A program made the position numbers and the translations under genes. The notes under the pieces are model-generated. The model was given only the letters and a program-made list of their open reading frames with translations. It was not told where the DNA came from and ran no database searches. Below are positions 59,260 through 64,000 of a stretch of DNA of 64,000 nt, piece after piece (positions within the stretch are counted from its first letter, which is position 1; the number at the start of each line of letters is the position of its first letter). Origin of the DNA: an uncultured Dehalococcoidales bacterium (GTDB lineage Bacteria; Chloroflexota; Dehalococcoidia; GIF9; AB-539-J10); contig CAYMVL010000034.1 in NCBI GenBank assembly GCA_964394145.1, forward strand, positions 58,660 through 122,659. The letters run 5' to 3'.

Positions 59260-59664
59260 ATGGTAAAAATCAACGATGATATGAAGAGAGTGGTGGGAAA
59301 TGCGGAAGTATTTGCTGTAGCCACTGCTACTCGAGATGGTGAACCAAATGTAGTTGTGGTGAGTTTTGGCAAATTGCTCTCTGACGATGAGTTTCTACTG
59401 GTTGACAACTTCATGAAGAAGACCATTGATAACATAAAGGCGAATCCCAGAGTGGCGATATCGGTATGGAAGAAAGGGGACTCAGAAGGATATCAATTCA
59501 AGGGTAATGCCAGAATTGAAACCTCTGGGAAAGTATTCAATGAAGGGTTTAAGATGGTGAAGTCGGAATCACCGGAACTTAATCCCGTGGCTGCGGTTAT
59601 TGTTAAGGTGGACTCTATCTACTTGATTACGCCAGGGCTCGATGCCGGGAAACAGGTGGACTAG
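59260..59664 (+). CDS. Pyridoxamine 5'-phosphate oxidase-like FMN-binding split-barrel protein
   Basis: 134 aa; VATATRDGEPNVVVV pattern. Confidence 0.7.
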   Translation: MVKINDDMKRVVGNAEVFAVATATRDGEPNVVVVSFGKLLSDDEFLLVDNFMKKTIDNIKANPRVAISVWKKGDSEGYQFKGNARIETSGKVFNEGFKMVKSESPELNPVAAVIVKVDSIYLITPGLDAGKQVD

Positions 59665-59711
59665 AGCGCGTAGGAATAAGAGCTGGCAATCAGTTGAGTT
59701 AGTACGAAGGT

Positions 59712-61238
59712 ATGGCTAGAGTTGTAATTGTATCGGATATGTTGCGCGGTTTTCTCGAGGAGGGTTACCCGCTTTACTGTGGCATTGGTGCCCGGAGTAT
59801 CATACCCAATGTCGCGAAACTGCTGGAACGGGAGTTGAAACAGGGCTCGAAAATCTTCTATCTATGCGATCGCCATGCACCCGATGACCCTGAATTCAAG
59901 ATGTTTCCGCCGCATTGTCTTGAAGGCAGTATTGAGGCTGAGATCATACCTGAGCTTTCTCCTTATCCCGGTGAAGTAATACCCAAAAGGACTTATAGCA
60001 GTTTTTACAATACCTCGTTGGCGCAGAAACTGGAGGCGCTCAGTCCTGAAGCCATAGTGATCTGCGGCGTATGCACTGATATTTGTGTTCTGCAGGCAGC
60101 GATTGATGCCAGAAACAGAGGCTATGAAGTTGAAATCCCTGTAGATTGTGTTGCTTCCTTTAACACGAAAGCTCATTTCTTCGCCCTGGACTACATGGAG
60201 AAGGTGCTTGGCGCCAAGCTCATCACTCCAGGAGCTGAGATAGCCAGGGCGCGCTTTGAAATTCCAGACTTGTGGTTAAGCGGGGACACCGCAGATGTCT
60301 ATTTCCCCCGCACTGTAGAGATACTCAAGAAAGAAGGGATAAATCCAGTAGCTACTATGGAGGTTTTCTCGAGTAAGGATGGGCTTCTTTGCGGCATGGA
60401 GGAGGTAAAGGCCCTCTTAGCCAAGGTTCTTCCCGAAGTTAATCGTGAAGTCTGGGCACTATCCGAAGGAGAGTCATTCCATAGAAAAGAGGTAGTCCTG
60501 CGCATAAAAGCTCCATATCAAAGCTATGGAAGTTATGAGACTGTCTATCTGGGTATGCTTTCGCATTGTAGTGGATGGGCTACTGCTGCCCGCGCATGTG
60601 TTGATGCCGCCCAGGGGATTCCGGTCGTTAGTTTTGGGGCGCGCCATGTTCATCCATCTGTGGTTGCTATTATGGAGTACTGCGCGATGATCGGGGGCTG
60701 CAATGGCTGTGCCAGCACGGCCGGAGCAAAGCTTGCCGGCATTCAGCCTACAGGGACTATACCCCATGCGCTCATCATCATTATGGACAGCACTGTTAAA
60801 GCGACGGTTTCCTTCGACAAGCACATGCCGACGGAGATACCGCGGATTGCACTGGTGGATACTTTTGAGGACGAGGTAAGGGAAAGTGTAAAGGTTGCTA
60901 AAGCAATGGGAGGGAGGCTGCACGGTGTGAGATTAGATACTCCCTCGGAAAGAGGCAGGGTCACCGCTGATCTGGTCAAAGAAGTGAGAGCGTGGCTCGA
61001 TCTTGAGGGATTTAAAGAGGTGCAGATAGTTGTGAGCGGTGGACTTGACCCGGAGCGCATCAGGTATTTTATTGCTGAGGGGGCCCCGGTTGACATCTTT
61101 GCTGTGGGCAGTCACATCAGCGATGCTAAGCCCATTGACTTCACTGCCGACCTTCATGAGGTGGAAGGTAAGCCCATCGCTAAGAGGGGCAGAATGCCTG
61201 GCATTACACCCAATGCCAGGCTAAAGAGGGTGATGTGA
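59712..61238 (+). CDS. Fusion protein: isochorismatase-family nicotinamidase (PncA-like) N-domain plus nicotinate phosphoribosyltransferase-family (type II PRTase) C-domain
   Basis: N-terminal hydrolase triad region with catalytic Cys in ICGVCTDICV. C-terminus has GTIPHALI, GVRLDTPS, IVVSGGLD, DIFAVGS motifs of the NAPRTase family. Confidence 0.75.
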   Translation: MARVVIVSDMLRGFLEEGYPLYCGIGARSIIPNVAKLLERELKQGSKIFYLCDRHAPDDPEFKMFPPHCLEGSIEAEIIPELSPYPGEVIPKRTYSSFYNTSLAQKLEALSPEAIVICGVCTDICVLQAAIDARNRGYEVEIPVDCVASFNTKAHFFALDYMEKVLGAKLITPGAEIARARFEIPDLWLSGDTADVYFPRTVEILKKEGINPVATMEVFSSKDGLLCGMEEVKALLAKVLPEVNREVWALSEGESFHRKEVVLRIKAPYQSYGSYETVYLGMLSHCSGWATAARACVDAAQGIPVVSFGARHVHPSVVAIMEYCAMIGGCNGCASTAGAKLAGIQPTGTIPHALIIIMDSTVKATVSFDKHMPTEIPRIALVDTFEDEVRESVKVAKAMGGRLHGVRLDTPSERGRVTADLVKEVRAWLDLEGFKEVQIVVSGGLDPERIRYFIAEGAPVDIFAVGSHISDAKPIDFTADLHEVEGKPIAKRGRMPGITPNARLKRVM

Positions 61239-61389
61239 CAGGGCGCACCTACGAGTTATACGCGAGCTAAGGATGCTCGAGCAATCTCGATACACGTTAT
61301 TTGTGCTGTTCAAGGCCATCGGCGTCTCCAGGCCAATGCTGAGTTCGGATGAAGACTATGCTTTGCATGACTTTGTCCGTTGCTAATGG

Positions 61390-62427
61390 CTACCGTGTGA
61401 AACCAATCCCCCGTATCTCTATGACGTTGCCCTGCACCTTCGTTTCAGCGCCAAGAAATTCCCGGATTAGCCATAGATTTGTCTCTACGTGTTCGGTGAC
61501 AAATGGAATTGAATAGCGGCTGGTCCCTTTGGCCAAACCAGCATAAAGTATGAGTTGGTCTGCTGCATACCTATCCACCGCAGCGCCGTTCTTAATATCG
61601 TCGATTAAGTTTTGGGCTACGTACTTTCCTATTGATTCGGAGCCCCTGCCGCGTTTTCCGGCCCTGTCTGAGCCTATTCTGCTGCCCAGGCTTGTCTCGG
61701 CATATATCGCCAGTGCAGCGCCCTCTTGAAGCGAGCTCTCGTCACAAATCCGCTGGATTTGCGCTGTGTACCCGTGTGATAACAACAGCTTCTGACATGC
61801 CTCGGCCATCCGCTGGCTCACCCTCTTTTCGTCCAAATGTGAGGCAAGGGAGATTCCCTTAATGTCAAGCAGTTGACCTTGTTCCGTGAGGTTCAAGGGA
61901 CTTAGGTTCTTCACCGGCTGGGCCTTAATCTCTATAATGCCGCCGCCCCGTGGCACATATCCCGGGCGGATTATGTCCAGCTCAGCGTGAGCACCCATCT
62001 GCTGCAGAAGAGACAGGAGAACAAATTTCATATGAAAGGCAGAAGGTGCGAAATCCTGAAATAACCCGCCTTCCAGCCGGAACTTTGACGGACTCTGAGC
62101 GAAGCAAGCTAGAGGCAGAAGGGCCTGGCCCATCATTGTGGTGGACCCTGCCGTTCCTATGTCCCAGGAGTATTCGCCCCCCTTAAACTTCTCCTTAGGC
62201 GTATAAACGATTTCCTGGGAGCCCACCTCAGCATTCTCCACTACCCCCTGGCACATCTCCTGGCATGCCCGTATAGCCTTAAGGTGTTGTGCCCTCAGCC
62301 CTGGCTTATCCCTTCTCCCCCTGATGTTTTCTATCCTTATTTGCGTCCCCAGCAAGCTAGCCAGTGCAACAGAGTAGCGTACTATCGTTCCGCTTCCCGA
62401 TTTTGCCCCACCATCTATGGTTATCAT
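61390..62427 (-). CDS. rtcA: RNA 3'-terminal phosphate cyclase
   Basis: IDGGAKSGSGTIVRYSVALASL... 345 aa. Confidence 0.85.
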   Translation of the reverse strand: MITIDGGAKSGSGTIVRYSVALASLLGTQIRIENIRGRRDKPGLRAQHLKAIRACQEMCQGVVENAEVGSQEIVYTPKEKFKGGEYSWDIGTAGSTTMMGQALLPLACFAQSPSKFRLEGGLFQDFAPSAFHMKFVLLSLLQQMGAHAELDIIRPGYVPRGGGIIEIKAQPVKNLSPLNLTEQGQLLDIKGISLASHLDEKRVSQRMAEACQKLLLSHGYTAQIQRICDESSLQEGAALAIYAETSLGSRIGSDRAGKRGRGSESIGKYVAQNLIDDIKNGAAVDRYAADQLILYAGLAKGTSRYSIPFVTEHVETNLWLIREFLGAETKVQGNVIEIRGIGFTR

Positions 62428-62687
62428 ATTCAGTTGTTTCTATACCTTGGAAAGGCGTTGATATTTTATATCTTTACCCTTGGTATACTCCAGAATACAA
62501 GTTGCGGCTTTCAATAATCAGGCGGAGAGTCTATAGTATATGCAGAAGATCCTCGCGTATTCTCGCTTCCTGAAAGGGAGCTGTTAGGTGAGAGTCGAGC
62601 TATCTGAGTTCTTGCTTCCAGCTCATGCCTGCCAGGGAGGAGAAGAGGGTGTGGGGTTCTGTGGCTGATTATCAGGGGAGGTAATTC

Positions 62688-63605
62688 ATGGGAGTGAAAT
62701 TGTTCCGACAACCTGAGCTGGAAAGCCCGGAGCTGATTTGTGGTTGGCCGGGGATTGGAAATGTTGGGCTAGTTGCGGTTGATACCTTGAAAGGGATGCT
62801 GATGGCAGAGGAATTTGGAGAGATAGAGCCCTGGGAATTCTTCTATCCTAAGCACGTCACCATCAAGGACGGCTTGCTCCAGGGCCTGGAGTTCCCCGCC
62901 AACAAATTTTACTATCAGAGAGTGAAGAAGAGGGACCTGCTATTTTTTATCGGGGAGAAACAGCCTGCTGCTGAAGGTGGACTGTATGCCAGTGGAGGGA
63001 AGGCTTGCGAGATAGCCAATCTGGTCCTGGATGTGGCGGAAAAGTTCGGCTGCGGGAGGGTCTATACTTCAGGTGCTTGCGTTTCGCCTACCCATCACGG
63101 TTTGAAACCGAGAGTTGTTTCTGTGGCAAGTTCTGCCCAGTTAACACAGGAAATAAGAAGGTATCAGAATACAATCTTGATGAGCGAACTGGAAGCTGGG
63201 GAAGGTGAGGGAGTCATTACCGGATTGAACGGACTTATGCTGGCGCTGGCTAAGAAGAGGGGATTAGAAAGCATTTGTCTTATGGGCGAGATACCGGATT
63301 GGCTTACAGGAGCCCCGTTTCCCTACCCGCAGGCTTCGAAGTCCGTGCTTGAAGTCTTTGCTGATATTTTGGGCGTTACAATTGAGTCCAGGGTCCTTGA
63401 TAAGATGATTGCCCAACTAGAAGATGTTATTGAAAGACTCTATGAAGGATTTCCCCCGGAAATGAAGGAGCGATACGACCAAAGGAAGTTTATTGCGCAG
63501 GCTAAGCCGGGAGGAATAACAGAAGAGGATGCCAGATGGATCAAGGAGCATATCGAGGGACTATTTAAGAGAGGGGATGAGCGAGGTGGAGAAAAGTCTG
63601 TTTGA
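62688..63605 (+). CDS. PAC2-family protein (proteasome-assembly-chaperone-like fold)
   Basis: 305 aa; N-terminal PELESPELICGWPGIGNVG pattern. Confidence 0.6.
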   Translation: MGVKLFRQPELESPELICGWPGIGNVGLVAVDTLKGMLMAEEFGEIEPWEFFYPKHVTIKDGLLQGLEFPANKFYYQRVKKRDLLFFIGEKQPAAEGGLYASGGKACEIANLVLDVAEKFGCGRVYTSGACVSPTHHGLKPRVVSVASSAQLTQEIRRYQNTILMSELEAGEGEGVITGLNGLMLALAKKRGLESICLMGEIPDWLTGAPFPYPQASKSVLEVFADILGVTIESRVLDKMIAQLEDVIERLYEGFPPEMKERYDQRKFIAQAKPGGITEEDARWIKEHIEGLFKRGDERGGEKSV

Positions 63606-64000
63606 AATCTATCGGGCTCCTCAGCTTGAAAATCCGTGTTTGATTATTGGCTGGCAGAACGATGACGTCGGCCGGTTGAGTTCCAGTGTTACCCATTTCC
63701 TGGCCGAGAAATTAGAGACCCAGCGGGTTGCCGAAATAAAGGCCACAGACTTTTTCCCACTTGGAGGAGCAACATTTAGAGACAACGTAGTCCAGGTTTT
63801 AGAGAGCAAGTTTTGGGCTTGCCAGGACCATAACCTCTTGGTTTTCAGCTCTGAAGAGCCCAGATACGAATGGTATAGGTTCTTGAACGCAATCCTGGAT
63901 TTTGCTGAACAGCATTACCAGGTCAAAGAGTTATACACCATTAGCGGAACTCTATCCCTTGCTGCACACACCGCACCCCGGAAAATGCTGGCAGTGTACA
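63577..64000 (+). CDS. Second PAC2-family paralog, 3'-truncated by the window edge
   Basis: ATG at 63577 in a different frame; overlaps the previous gene by 29 nt. MSEVEKSLFEIYRAPQLENPCLIIGWQNDDVG parallels the N-terminus of the preceding protein. Confidence 0.55.
   Translation, partial: MSEVEKSLFEIYRAPQLENPCLIIGWQNDDVGRLSSSVTHFLAEKLETQRVAEIKATDFFPLGGATFRDNVVQVLESKFWACQDHNLLVFSSEEPRYEWYRFLNAILDFAEQHYQVKELYTISGTLSLAAHTAPRKMLAVY

Noticed and set aside
1-64000. CRISPR arrays, rRNA and tRNA genes
   Set aside because: There are no regularly spaced direct repeats and no rRNA-like conserved blocks. No cloverleaf candidates were found in any intergenic region inspected (10.5-11.0, 11.8-12.75, 30.2-30.8, 31.6-32.1, 34.4-36.6, 41.2-43.1 kb).

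Overview
This is a bacterial chromosomal window with about 50% GC and roughly 85% coding density. Most of it is core metabolism. There is a minus-strand arginine operon (argJ-argB-argD-argG-argH). A cluster further along holds rpmB, yloV, degV, recG, argS, thiC, cinA and the polyamine genes speH and speB. A pantothenate operon runs DUF2520 reductase-panD-panB-panC. Downstream of it, a myo-inositol-1-phosphate synthase gene, a CDP-alcohol phosphatidyltransferase gene and purA run on the same strand. A minus-strand operon carries rpsO, pnp, dapB, asd and dapA. A purine block holds purF, purM and purH. The window also contains nfnAB and rtcA. Three regions look more unusual.

1. From 1.9 to 8.9 kb, a minus-strand operon encodes a soluble histidine kinase with a Cys-rich PAS domain and a GAF domain, a NarL-type regulator, a 727-aa oxidoreductase, MetV, MetF and a second regulator with two receiver domains. 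The oxidoreductase fuses GltD-like, 2x[4Fe-4S] ferredoxin and MvhD domains. It appears to encode an unusual NAD(P)H-linked, possibly flavin-based methylene-THF reductase module under two-component control.

2. From 34.4 to 43.1 kb lies an accessory stretch between nfnA and the pan operon. It holds a dodecin gene, a DUF4126 membrane protein gene, a secreted inhibitory-type serpin gene whose reactive loop has a predicted P1 Lys, and an 820-aa membrane-anchored clostripain (C11) peptidase gene convergent on the serpin gene. It also holds a small GIY-YIG protein gene and two ORF-free stretches of more than 1 kb. A strong intrinsic terminator sits in the leader just upstream of the pan operon.

3. 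Two decayed insertion-sequence remnants are present: an IS110-family N-terminal fragment at about 1.2 kb and an IS3-family fragment with an HHSDRG motif at about 12 kb.

Other points: a nicotinamidase-nicotinate phosphoribosyltransferase fusion (508 aa), a GreA homolog with an N-terminal extension of about 105 aa, an AdoMetDC-fold pyruvoyl enzyme beside agmatinase that could be an arginine decarboxylase, and tandem PAC2-family genes at the 3' edge. I found no rRNA, tRNA or CRISPR array by eye. Products were assigned from sequence motifs I recognise in the translations. No database search was possible.
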